A DNA stretch of 63,249 bases, the filler included, from Hyphochytrium catenoides (lineage: Eukaryota > Protista > Hyphochytriomycota), in assembly GCA_900088475.1 (NCBI GenBank). It is 6 parts of 6 records of this genome, joined end to end, with 100 filler letters (N's around TTAATTAATTAA, not from the genome) between each part and the next. Parts side by side here need not be neighbours in the genome. Positions count along the whole stretch, not along the records: positions 1 to 18,655 come from FLMG01000578.1; 5 more parts are not named here. One strand, given 5' to 3'. The notes below the pieces were generated by a model. That model saw nothing but the letters and a program-made list of their open reading frames with translations. It made no database searches and was not told where the DNA came from. Below, one piece after another: positions 1 through 11,669 of the stretch (position 1 is its first letter; each line of letters starts with the position of its first letter). The translations under genes were made by a program, and so were the position numbers.

Positions 1-1887
1 TACGCCAGCCACAAAGGCCCGAGCCGGGCCAGCGAGCTGCTTGATAAAGCTCAGGAACTCCAACAGGCCGGAGCTCTCTTCATCCCGCGGTTTGTGGCAG
101 CCACAGCGCGATTTATGAGAAAGAATGGAACTCTGAAGAAGTTTCCCTTTCTCTGCGAGTCTCTCTCGTCCGACTTTGCCGCTTTCTCTAGTCCTGTGGC
201 ACAGCGCTGGTTGGCGCTCGGTTATCTCCTGGCGGGAGAGCCAGAGACAGCACACCAAGCCGCTGAGCTAGGAAAGAAGGCAGAAGAATGGGGAAAGGGA
301 GAAGGTTTGGACGCACTGGTAGACTATTATGTCCTAAGAAGAGATGCAAGCGGCCTTGAAGAACTGGAGGTCATTTGGCTAGAAGCGAGAGAGGGCCGAC
401 AAGTGGGAGAGAGCGTCTTCCTCTCTCTCCTTCGCGGCTATTTTCATTGTGAAAAAGAACAAGATGCATGGCGTCTCCTCTCTCTCCTGCGAGACAGACC
501 AGACATTGAGCGGACAACGAAGGCTATGGAGCGGCTGTGGAGCGAGCTCAAGAGAGGGGACCAAAGAGAAAGACTGCTATTGGAAGTTATGAGGCCGTGT
601 CACATCCCTCTGTCTCTCTCTATCATCCAGCAGCACGTTGAAGAGCTGATCCGTGTAAGAGACATGGACGGAGTCAGAGAGTTTGCGAGGCATCTAAGAG
701 AAGCGCCAAGCTGGAGACCAGGAAGAGGTGGCATCAGAAGGATTTTAGGGCTGTTCTCTCTCACAAATGCTGAATCTCTCGTCTCTATTATCGAGGCATA
801 CACAGAGCGAACAAGAGCTAACTTAGACAAAGAGGACTATCTCTTCCTGTTGAACCGCTGGGTGGCGAAGAGCCGTATAGACATAGCCGAACGCTTCTTG
901 GAGTGTCTGAGACAGCGCCACCTAGAGACGGTAGAATTGAAGGAAGGAGCTGAGCTCACGGATAAGCTCAAGATCTCTCTTTCGCCTCAGTTCTTTCTCC
1001 CTCTTCTTGACCATTACGCCCTAAGGTTAGAGCCAGACAAGGCCGCAAGGCTCATAGAAGTTTACCGGAAAGATCTCTGTGATTCTCGTTTGCTTCTCGT
1101 TGATCTGACTGCAGTGCTCAAAATCTATTGCCAAAGCTTCAGAATGAAGGACGCCAGAGCCTTGTTCTATAGAATCCGAGACAGTCATGGACTGGAACCA
1201 GACGTTGTCTGCCTTACTCTGCTTCTCCAGGCCTACGTGAGGGCAGGGATGGACGAAGAGGCGAAGACCTGCGAAGAAGAATTGAAGAGAGAGTTTTCTC
1301 TCGAGCCCGACGTCGTGACTTATACCGCCATTATTAAGGCCTACGCCGTCAGAGGAGAGTTGGATAAAGCGCTGAGAAGCCTAGAAGATATGCTCAGACA
1401 AGGGATCCCACCCTCTGTCTTTACCTTTGGCGTCCTGCTCAACGGCTGCGCAGAGAGAGGCAAAGGCGATTTGGCAGAGGAAATTCTTTCACAGGTGATG
1501 CCGCGGTGTAACGTACAGCCTTCTGCCCTCTGTCTTTCTCTCCTCTTGAAAGCGTATCTAACGGAAGGGAGAATAGATAAAGCAAAGGAAGTGATGCGGG
1601 AGCGCTTCGTTCAGTTTTCTCTCTCTCCCAATGAGCACGCCATTACCATTCTGCTTCGTGCCTTTGCAGAGAAGTTTGATATAGAAGGGGCGGAGTGGTT
1701 GGTGAGAGAGGTGATGGTGAAGCATGGCCTTTCTCTCTCTCCTGGCGTCCTCCAAGCGCTATTGAAGTTTCGACACCGGGTCGAAGGCCAGAAGAGAGTC
1801 GTCGAGTTGATCAAAGAGCTAAAAGAAGCAGAGGAAATGAGAGAAAAAGAGATGGACCAGGAAAGACCAAGCATAGGGAGCTCGTAG
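1..1887 (+). CDS. Pentatricopeptide repeat (PPR) protein, intronless, 5'-partial
   Basis: Frame is open from base 1 (YASHKGPSRASELL...). Tandem ~35-aa PPR motifs, e.g. PDVVCLTLLLQAYVRAG, PDVVTYTAIIKAYAVRGELDKALRSLEDMLRQGIPP, SVFTFGVLLNGCAERG. Stop TAG at 1885-1887. Confidence 0.9.
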   Translation, partial: YASHKGPSRASELLDKAQELQQAGALFIPRFVAATARFMRKNGTLKKFPFLCESLSSDFAAFSSPVAQRWLALGYLLAGEPETAHQAAELGKKAEEWGKGEGLDALVDYYVLRRDASGLEELEVIWLEAREGRQVGESVFLSLLRGYFHCEKEQDAWRLLSLLRDRPDIERTTKAMERLWSELKRGDQRERLLLEVMRPCHIPLSLSIIQQHVEELIRVRDMDGVREFARHLREAPSWRPGRGGIRRILGLFSLTNAESLVSIIEAYTERTRANLDKEDYLFLLNRWVAKSRIDIAERFLECLRQRHLETVELKEGAELTDKLKISLSPQFFLPLLDHYALRLEPDKAARLIEVYRKDLCDSRLLLVDLTAVLKIYCQSFRMKDARALFYRIRDSHGLEPDVVCLTLLLQAYVRAGMDEEAKTCEEELKREFSLEPDVVTYTAIIKAYAVRGELDKALRSLEDMLRQGIPPSVFTFGVLLNGCAERGKGDLAEEILSQVMPRCNVQPSALCLSLLLKAYLTEGRIDKAKEVMRERFVQFSLSPNEHAITILLRAFAEKFDIEGAEWLVREVMVKHGLSLSPGVLQALLKFRHRVEGQKRVVELIKELKEAEEMREKEMDQERPSIGSS

Positions 1888-1913
1888 GCTTTTATTAAGC
1901 ATAAGCTTTTCTA

Positions 1914-4900
1914 TTATCCGCTCTGTCCAGCTGGTAGCTTCTCCTTTATGCTCTTGTTTGGAACAGGAGGCGTTGGCGGCAGAGATAGAGAGGGAGAGAC
2001 ACACACATACACACAAGCAGAAGGAAGACAGGGACCGTAAGTTCATGACGGAGAGCCCCGTGGATCGTCAAAGCTAGATAATCTCTCTCTCTCCCCCTGT
2101 TTTTCTCTCTCATACTGATTCTCCCTCTCCCTGTCACTCTCCTCCCATTCTTCTCTCTGTGTCTCTCTTCTCGGTTATTTCTTTCTCTTCGTTCTCTTTC
2201 TTGGGCATTTACCTTGTAGCTCTGATAATCTTGCTCTACCGGTGCTCTATCAGCTTTGTACATGATCTGATACGTGAGTTAACGAAGGAAAACCGTGAGA
2301 AGGCGGGATAACGTGGCAGAAAACTATCCTTATTCCTTGCTTCTTGGTATCTCAGCATAGGGCCTGGACTCCTCTGTCATCTCCCTGTGCTCCTCTCCTC
2401 TTGGCGAGGCAGGCACCCAGACCTCTCGTACTCTTACCTTCCTATCCTTCTGCTCCTCAAAGGCGCTCTGGTACAGCGAGAGCTTGGTTTGAAGATTTCT
2501 CTTCTGTTTTCTAAGTTCACCCTCGCTATTTGAGGACCGCGCGCCCTCTCCTCCGCCTCCAGCTCGGGCGCTGAGCTGCTCCTTGATGGCATTATACTCC
2601 ACGTACAGCTCCTTTATCTCTTCCTTATCCTCCCGGGTTGGCTACAAAAGGAAAAAAAAAGGTGCCCGTGAGTATGACAGAGTGGGGGCGAAATGGAGGA
2701 AGTAAACAAGCGCTAGCTGTGACATAGTGCAGAGAAAATATACTGCCCAAGGACGAAGAGCACTTCCCAACAACTTGGAAAAAGGGAAGGGCGATAGCTA
2801 AGAACGCCAGACATGTAAGGAGCTAAGAGAGTGTCATCAGCTCACTACTGTCTGAGAGACAGTGATGTCCGTCGTAAAACCCCCGATTAGAGAACGGGCT
2901 CTGAGAAACGTGCCAGGTCCTGAGGAGAGAGATGAAAGGAGAGGAAGTGTGTGTACCTTTCTACCATGCCGGTTCTCGAAGTCTGTGTCAAACTTCTTCA
3001 GTTTACTCTTGATGTCCCTCTTCTTTTTCACTAAGAACTCTACAGTGACCTGTCCATTGTCATCTAGTGCTTTAACGCCTCGTCCTCCTGCCTCCACGCT
3101 CTCTTTGGAGCTTCCTCCAGAGGTTTTTGACCGGGAGAGCTGCAATGTGTCCTGGAACTGCAGATTGAAAAGAAGAGGTTACGCTTTAAAGCAGGTGTAG
3201 GAGAGACATACACGTCAAGTCCGCTCGAGGATGGAAAGGGAGGTGAAGGCGACGTTTGCACAGAGCAATAGAGAGAGCAAGGACCAAGAGAGATACTCTG
3301 ATCATGGACCAACTGTCTGCATAGACTGTTGATGAGCTAAGCTGATAGAGACAAATTTAAGGGCCAGCAGTAGGATAGGCCTAACAGAGACATTTGGCAC
3401 AGAGACTTGTCACAGATCCATCCTAGGGGAGAGAAGGAAAATGATAGCGTACCGCTGTGGTGAGAGACTCATGAGCATGTCCAGCTATGAAGAGGTTGAC
3501 AGTCCTTGAGATGAGATGATTCATGACCATCGAGTCTTCCCGCTTACGATTTGATATTGAAAGAATAGGAGGAGGCTCATGCGCCTGAGGCAAAGCAGTG
3601 CCCATCTTGGCTTAGTAAACAGCAGCGGACAAAGCTAGGGCTAGCGAACTATACAGCCGACACAAACTGAGCACGTCAATCATACCAGATAGCATGAGAA
3701 GAGAGCAGGGCAAAACGCAACCGGCAGAGAGAGAAGAGAGAGCGAGATTTAAACGATAGGGCGGCGCAGAATACGTCCATGCAAAAGTTCGGATGAAGAA
3801 CTATGGGCTAGCGAACTCAGTCTGTTAGGTGTGCCAACCCCTCCGTTTTATCAAGCTCACATGGAAGGTAAGCTGCTCTTGGTTGACTATTAGGGAATGG
3901 ACTACGGCCGTGATCTGAGGCAGAGCTTGTACATGCCTAAGTGATTTGTATGCCGTTCCTTCGGGCTTACATAATACCGGAGCGAATGCTTGAGCTAGAA
4001 CTAGAGCTGCAAGCAGAGTAAGAGGGCGAATAGCAGAGCCATTTGCCACGATACAAGGAGGAAAAAGAATTGAGCGCGATAATCGAAGAAGATCCAAAGA
4101 CAGCATCGCAGAGGTGAAAGCCAGGGAAGTTAGTATAGGGCAAGTATAGAAGAGAAAAGGAAAGCGTCATTCTCATAGAAGAGAGACGAAGACCTCGTTC
4201 ATAAAGAGCGTGACGACATACACTAGGATAAGCGATAAGAAAGGGTCAAGGACAGCGCTTTGTGCGGAAGAGAGGAGCTCTGGCGTCAAGGCAGGAAGGG
4301 AGGAGAAGACACTGAGCAGGTCAAGCATCTGCCAACGTACAAGTCAGCCGATTACTATCTTCGTGCTGCAAAAGATGGCGAATAAGCTTCAAGATGGCCT
4401 CTAAGATGGCCACCGAGTCGCCAGGGAGACTATTGAGCAGCTTCTGCAGAGCCGATAGTGGAGAGCTGTCTGCATTCTGCTGAATATTCTCTAGAGCATG
4501 AAACAGAGACAGGTGAGGCGAGAAAAGAAAGAACGCCGCCAGAGGAGGCTAGAAGACAAAAGAAAAAATCACGGTGTTTCTAGACATTGAGCCCTCTAAA
4601 AATTCTGGCAGCAATGACACTGCACTCAGGCACCCGCCATAACATTCTATCCTGATCGTGTTTCTTCGACTCTTGAACTCTCTCCCCCGTCTTTCTTGTA
4701 CACATCATACTGTCTAGGTGAGCGCGCCTTCCTTCGAAAGCTAACCCCTCCTCAATCTCTCTCTCTCTCTGTCTCATGCCCAGCCGCCCTGCGATCCGGC
4801 CGCAAGCTCTCTCTACCCCTTCCTTCCGTCTTCCTCTTCTGTGGCTCCGTCTTACCTCCCAGCTTGAGGACGTCTCCGTACAATTTGAAACCCAGAATGG

Positions 4901-5581
4901 GCTCAAAGCGCTCTCTTAGATAGAAGAGCAGAAGTTCAGCTACCACGTGTGGGTCACTCACGTCTGCAAGCTTAGGGATTCTCTCTTCAACAAGATATTG
5001 CCGTGGAAAGACAGAGGGGCAAAGAAGCGTCAGCTTGGATCCCAAGAGAAAGAGTAAGCTAGGGATAGAAAGAGAGAAGCACGGAACCTTGATGGTGTGC
5101 CAAGGAGCGCTGGCACTTGGATTTGTAGGCTTAAGGGTAAGCCGAGAGAGAGAGAACGACGGGTAAACGCGACTAAATGCCCTTACCTCCCATAAAGGAC
5201 TCATACAGCTCCTTAACTAACGTTAGGTTTGCCGGAACAGTGAACAAGCCAGGCGTGTTCAAGGCTGCGGAAGAGAGCACACCGAGTTCGGCAGAAATAG
5301 AGGTTGGTATATGTGTTAGGGCAAACCGAGGTAGGAAGCAGTCGCAGACGAACGTGGATAAAGGCAATTCGCTAGAAGGTCCATCAGATCATAGATGGAG
5401 GCAAAACAGCACGCCTTAGCCGCAGTCTCTTACCTCTCTCTTTTAGATAATCGGAACACTTTATAACCAGCGGGGCAACAGTAGGGCCCGCCGGTCCTCC
5501 CTGCAAGGGCCTGCAGCGCGGAGCCAGCACCGGGCTGGCGATCCCTAACAGAGGTGGAATTTCTGGCGAGCGGTGCTCCAT
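1914..5581 (-). CDS. RhoGAP-domain protein with FAM13-like C-terminal repeats (about 10 exons)
   Basis: GT-AG exons join in frame: PLVIKCSDYLKER|ALNTPGLFTVPAN..., DPHVVAELLLFYLRERFEPILGFKLY, LLNSLP...LIRHLLQHEDSNRLT, LAQAFAPVLCKP (RhoGAP fold). Followed by KKKRDIKSKLKKFDTDFENRHGRK|PTREDKEEIKELYVEYNAIK and a second similar repeat (FAM13 type). Last exon SIKEKLPAGQSG*. Start ATG at 5581 is tentative. Confidence 0.8.
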
Positions 5582-6388
5582 TATTCCCCTGTTCTGCCAC
5601 TCGCAGAGCTAACAGGTACGAGAACTTCGTTCATGCACTGTACTAGTAGAAGCGAGAAAGAAAACCCTGATGCACGCACGGAAGTTCTTAAATCTCCATA
5701 ATCAGCGCTGAAGAGGACGTGATAGGTGCGGGAGCATCGCCTTGACACTTGGAAGATGTTCTCCCAGCCAGATTTGCCAGAAGCCGGCGGCAGTAATGTT
5801 TCCAAACGATTCTCTCCTGCTTGCCTCGATGTCTTCGGCGTAATAGCTGCTCTGAGCGTTGGCAGTTTGCGCAGCCGTAGCCCTACGTGCCGCGTCCTAG
5901 AATAGCCAATCTTCTTAACTGCCGGTCTGTCCAGCTCTTCGCCCACCCTCTCTCTCTCTCCCTCTTCTCGAACTTCTAATTACTCCTTTTCGAGTCTCCG
6001 TGTCTTCCTTTCTCTTCCTGTGCTGCCTCTTCCCGAAGTCTGGTCTGTCGTTATCGCTAAATCTCCGTTGCTGTATCTATCGTCTCTCCTTTGCCCTTCT
6101 GCTCTGTCTCGCTCTGTTGGCCTCTTCCCACCACTTTTTCTGATCTGCGAGCGCTCTGGTGGTGTTGAGCCTCGCCTTCTTCATCCGCACATTCTGGAGT
6201 GACAATGCGCACTTTGGTAATGCAGTACACCCTTCAAACTGTATGGTGATGTTGCAAGCCCTTACTTCCTCATCTCATTCCCGGATGCGAGCGTACATAA
6301 TGCGTTCTACTTACAAGGTGTGCCAGGGATTGTTATGGTTACGCACAATTTGCAGGTTTTGTGAGTCCTCAGTCTTCCCCCTGGCGTA

Positions 6389-6423
<35 letters not shown>

Positions 6424-8449
6424 TCCTTTCTCTCTCTCTCTTTCTCTCTCTCTCTCTTTTTCTTTCTCTCTTTCTCTCTCTTCCCTTTCCTGCGAACTGT
6501 CAGCTCTCTATCTCCTGTTGTCTTCTTCAGAACATCATCTTCTTCAGCTGCCTCCGCCGGCCCTCATTATCTTTATGTCCCCCGTTGTTATTACCCTTTA
6601 GCAGCAAGGACTACGGACAAAGTTCTTGAAAGCAAGGCGATCCTGAAGCGGCATTTGACATGAAGCGAGGGAGGAGGACGTGAGAATTTGCCCTGGCGTC
6701 AATGCTAAGCTCTATTGACAGCCTCGCTGTTGTCTGGATACTAACTGCCTAGGTAAGGGTCGGAAGTCGTCTGTCAGGACCGGTGTGAAGAAGAAAAGAT
6801 AATTTTGTTTGCTTACGGAAGGAACGGAGCCCTGCTCAGCAACCCAGTTTGCATCTAAGATGGTCGCCATATATACTGCTGTACGAGCTAATTGCTGAAT
6901 ACACGTGCACCAAAAAGATTCCTTCTGCCACTCTACTCGCAGCTAGATTCTTCTTGTCTCTGCTCCACCTTCGGACTCCTTGGATAGAAGTAAACAGATG
7001 GGGCCCACGGATAAATCTCTGCAAAGTGCCTTGAAAGACAAGGACCCGTTGGCAACTTCCTTCTCTCTACTCCTCAAGAATGAGCGTGGACTGATGACAT
7101 ATGACAGCATGATAGGAAGCTCAGATTAGACGGGAAAGACAGAGCTGCGCCCACGAGAGGGAAGATAATATGCAGGAGGCCCCTTGTGGCGTAGTAAAGT
7201 AAAAAAAGTAGTAGTTTGCTAGGAGGTGGATGATTTAGAGAAAAGAAACCGCTGATGGTGCTGATGAAAACGAGAAGAAATAGAAGGAGCGCAGGCAAAC
7301 TCCAGCGATAGTTCATACATGTGACTAAGTCGCACTGATGTTTTCCAATGTAGCTTGTCTCATAATGAGTCACATCTTTGCTTGGTAGGTAGAGAGTAAA
7401 GTATTGAGCGGGATACTGCGAGAGGTTCTATCTTAGGACCAGTTGACTCGTGCTCGGGGAACGAGGGTTAGCTTCGGAAGACGGACCTGGTTCCAGGTAC
7501 TTTTGGAAACGGCATAAGTTTGAAACAGGATGGTATGGTGCGAAACGAATGATAGTTGGACAAGTGGCTGGCATGATGCTGCACTTCATGTCTCTTCTTG
7601 TCAGGTGTGGAAGAAGTTTCCAGATTATATCTAAGTCCTCAAGAGTCGGACAAGAAAGAGGGGTCGTGCAGGATCGCGGTAGCTATGTCTAATTGCCATT
7701 CGTTCTGCATCATACCTTCCCTCACTATCTTCCTCTGCCACTCTTGTCCCCACTTTCTATCTCTAGTGACACTGTTTGGACGAAGAATGGGAGTTCTCGT
7801 GCTGTTATCGAAAACGAGAAGAGCTGTTAGGGGCCAGGTGACAGGTGACTGAGCTCCAAGCACATCTCAGGGCCAACCCTTATGATCGTAAGACGAATGG
7901 TGTTCTGCTGCGTGAGTTGAGAAGCAAGGAGATGTCACATGCGTCTTCTGACGGGGACGGCAGGCCACGAATGATCGATGATAAGATGCACTTGCCGCTT
8001 GCCACTGATGGTCTCCCGCAGGGAGCTTTGGCTCTTCATAAACAGCCCACAGCATCCTGGGTATCGTGGGTAACTCATTTTTTAAAGAGTTGGAACAGTG
8101 CGCACCCAGGTTAGAAGTGAGCTAATTATATCCTAGACTTGTCGTATCCAAGCCGCACCCAGGTTATCTAAATGGGTTGGTGGCAAGATACTGTCCGGAT
8201 AGAGATTTTGTGACTTTCTCTTCAATCTTCATCAGTCTTCAGGATAAAGAGAAAGATCGAAGGGCGGCTATTCTTCGTGGGTTGACTGAAAGACTGCTCC
8301 CTTTCTCTCGCTCTCTTTCTCTCCTTCTACCCGGAGAAGATCGTCTCGGTCGTTCAAAGTACCAGCCGAGAAACAATTTTGCCGTACCCGACATCCTCTC
8401 TCCTTTATAATAGCCGTGGGCGAGTCTTTGCATCCAGGGAGCCATCACA

Positions 8450-8832
8450 ATGAGGCAAAGAGAGCTCTTTAAGACGATCACCAAAGCTGTCTCAGAAGCC
8501 ACGACCCGGAAGAAATTCACTTCTACCCATGTTCGCCTTACCATGGGAGCTCTCGCAGACGTAATGAAAGACTCTCTCGCCCAGAAGGTAAGTCTCAGCT
8601 GCTAGGCTTTGCAATGTGAGATAGTCTATCTCTAGTGCAAGTCTAATGGCTGTTCTCGTCTACTCAGGGCTCATTTACCATTCCGAAGGTTGGTAGATTC
8701 AAGATGAATAAGCGGTCTGGACAGATTACGTTCCTTCCGATGAAGAGCGTCCTAGAGAGCGAGTCCCTCGTAGAGACTTCATCAGACGAATCTGGTGGAG
8801 AGTCATCAGACGACTCGGATGGAGAGCATTGA
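8450..8832 (+). CDS. HU/IHF-fold (bacterial histone-like) small protein, 100 aa, 2 exons (8450-8587, 8668-8832)
   Basis: 80-nt phase-0 intron with GTAAGT donor, CTAAT branch point and CAG acceptor. Product: MRQRELFKTITKAVSEATTRKKFTSTHVRLTMGALADVMKDSLAQK|GSFTIPKVGRFKMNKRSGQITFLPMKSVLESESLVETSSDESGGESSDDSDGEH. This follows the HU pattern MxxxEL-helix, helix ending ...SL, strand GxFTIPxVGxF, strand ITFxP. Confidence 0.65.
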
Positions 8833-9559
8833 TGTGTCTCAGCAACACACTGACAACTACTTGGGGCCAGCCCCGACAGCCGGCGTTAGCAGAAGTCATT
8901 CTCTTTCCCCTTGTACTCTAGATCTTCCTCATCAAATCAAAAATCTCGCGAGATCTCTTCCGGGCCTACTTGGCAGTGTGTTTTGCATCTTTGTTATAGG
9001 TTTTTGGATGTGATGACAACTTTCTACATGTTTTTCCACATCCGCCAGGACCCAAGCACCGCCTCTGCCAGGCCTAAAAACTGGACGATCACCTCTGGTA
9101 GGAATAGGGAGGGTTTAGAAAGTGTCGGCAACGCAAAAAAGAGTGGCCGATTGTACGGCACTGACCTGGCATTATTCCGCCCTTGACAGACCAGTGTATG
9201 CAGTTGGGAAGGAAAAGGGCATCTCTAAGGATATTGTAATAGATCTCTCGCCGCCTGAAAGAGCAACGTATTGTGTTAAAGAAGCTGCATCATGGTGATA
9301 GGAGAGTGACAAGGTAGAAAGCGGTCAGGGAAGAGGCGAAAAGAGTTCATGAGAAGAGCCTCAGATGGAAGGAAAGGTGGAAGGGATACATGAAACAGTG
9401 ACAGATCGTAGAGTAGTTACCTAATGTTCAGCCCAGCAAGTTGTTCCGCTAGCTGTATGGACAAAGATTAGTCATCTGTCTTGGCTGCGAAGGCTGCAAT
9501 CAAGAGGCACCTACCTTAGCTGGATCTTTAGTGGTCTGCCGGTGGTCGGCCTCTATCTT

Positions 9560-11640
9560 GTCTAGCTCTTCCAACCTGGCACGCACAAAGCATCTTCGTG
9601 AATGGACTCACTCCATGATACATATAAGGCACGGCAACGAAGGTATAAATATGGCTTGAAGAGAAAGAGATGCAGTGCTTTCCCGAATGGCCGCACAGCT
9701 AGGGGATAAGAAGGACAAAGCTGCGCTATTGATGATGCATACGTTGCTGACCTCGATAGAGAGTAAACCACTTCATCGGCACAATAGGAAGAAGGGGCAA
9801 GGGCCAGTTGGAGAAAGGGCAATGAGTGGATACCTAATCTTCTGTGCATAGAAGTCCAAGACGATGTACAACGACCAAGCATAGCACGACACCCTAGTCC
9901 ATTTTCCAGCATCCATGTTGATCAACTTCGGCGCTCTGGTCGGAGGTGTAAGAATAATAAGCGTTAGGAGAGAAAGGGTGTTCGACATGGCTACATGCCC
10001 TACATATAGCCGATCCAGGAGAAGTGCTCGATAGGGTTATATAACACCATGGACCAGGCCTGAAGTCGTACTACCGCCCTTAGACGAGGATCCTACAGCG
10101 TTATTTAGGTCAACAAACTTGAGAAGGACCGTTATCATCTCATGAGTAGATACCTTCCAGCTGCCTAGCCAAGAATCATGCAGTGCTGCCTCCAGCGCAT
10201 CCGTAGCCCCAAAGAAACGGGTCACCATTCTTGCCATACTAATCTCCCCGCCTAGCTTACACAGACTCTCTGCGCGAGCAGTACGCTGGTCAACGCGGAG
10301 GCGATGTGTGTTCTCTCCTATACCTCCACTTACCTGATAGAGGAGTGTGCTTACCCCCGTTCCTTATCAGCATCGACTGCCCCGCGAGGCCAAGGCTGTA
10401 ACAGATTATCTTGTGCACCTTGTCCGCTCCAACACTGTCGTGGTGAAGCGGACATACTTTTGCAATGCATCCTCCTTCGACATTACGACTATCAAGGAGC
10501 CTCGAGGTCGAGGTAGCAATGGAGTTAAAGTAGCTTTAATCTGGACCCCGAGGAAGTGTTCAGCCTGACGTTGAGCCTTCCCAAGCTAAGGAAGCACTTG
10601 AAGCATGTGACAGACACCTTTCTACTCTAGTAGCTTATATTCCCCGACAACAGGATGACTTATCGTTCAGCTCTCTAAGTTACTGGGCTCCTGACAGAGG
10701 GCTTGACGACCGGCGTCTGGCAATGAGCAAGGCCTCAGTGCTAGCAACCTCGAGTCTATTGTCTGCTGCTGAAGATCATACCTTCAGGATCAACTATGAA
10801 GCCAATAAAAGCTTCGATAAAGCCGTTGTAAAATTCTGCGGGGGTTTTCTTGAAGCCTTGAGCTTGGCCCCATCATCCTCTTCCTCCTCCTCTTCTTTCT
10901 TATACTTTCTCTTGTCATGGACACTACTCCCCCAGGAGTTGGAAGGCACTATTGTGCATTCTGATACTCTACGTGCGGCAATATTGTGCGCTCCCGTGCG
11001 ATATGGTAATGCGCTTAAGGGAGCGGAATACAGCAACTCTTAACAAAACGAACGAGTCAATTGCCGATAAAGAAGTGAGGAAAGCGCACTTCAAGTGCCC
11101 CAAGATAAGACGATGCCATCATCTTATGCGACAGCTTTGGCCTGCAGACTGCAGACCCAACTTCGAGACTCGGCAAGCTCTTACATCTCGTCCCACCAGA
11201 CAAGATGGGTCCTTGCGGCTCCTTGTAGAGCTCTCGATAGAGGACGAGTCTCACCACGGTCCGATGTGGAGTCTAGTCGAGTTCTTGATAAAGGGAAGCC
11301 GCAGTTTTAGGGCACATGGTCCATACATTGACACTACCTTGTCTTGCCGGCCTGCGTGCAGCTCAGTGATTGTTCCAGAAGGAGCATTGTCTAGTAAGTA
11401 ACGTGGATGTCGCATAGGAGAGCAGCTTCTCATATGGGTGTCACTGTTATCACGGACATACTGGTACATCAGATGCTTGGCGATTGCTAAACCCCTTAGG
11501 GTGGCCTGGCGTCATATGACCGTTCTAATATGGTCTCTATGGGCAACTGAGGCAAAGGCCTTTCGTAGCACATGTTCACCTCTTATTCCTCTATTCAGCG
11601 ATACAGGCTTTGTGTTCCTTCCCTATCGCCCTCGCTAGCA
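9560..11640. mobile_element. Possible decayed DIRS/Ngaro-like (tyrosine-recombinase retrotransposon) RT/RNase H fragments
   Basis: + strand: RQDGSLRLLVEL and AWRHMTV...LFSDTGFVF (RT-like). - strand 10037-10237: ATDA...STHEMITVLL..VDLNNAVGSSSKGGS (DIRS RNase H-like). No intact ORF, and the orientations are inconsistent. Confidence 0.3.
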
Positions 11641-11669
11641 AGTGTATGACGTGGTAGACCATAATAGCC

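Noticed and set aside
7845-7930. ELQAHLRANPYD resembles ribosomal protein S15
   Set aside because: Only a few residues match, an in-frame stop precedes it, and the rest of the fold is missing.
8101-8166. 13-bp direct repeat CGCACCCAGGTTA as a target-site duplication
   Set aside because: Only 40 bp lie between the copies and there are no element features; likely a local duplication.
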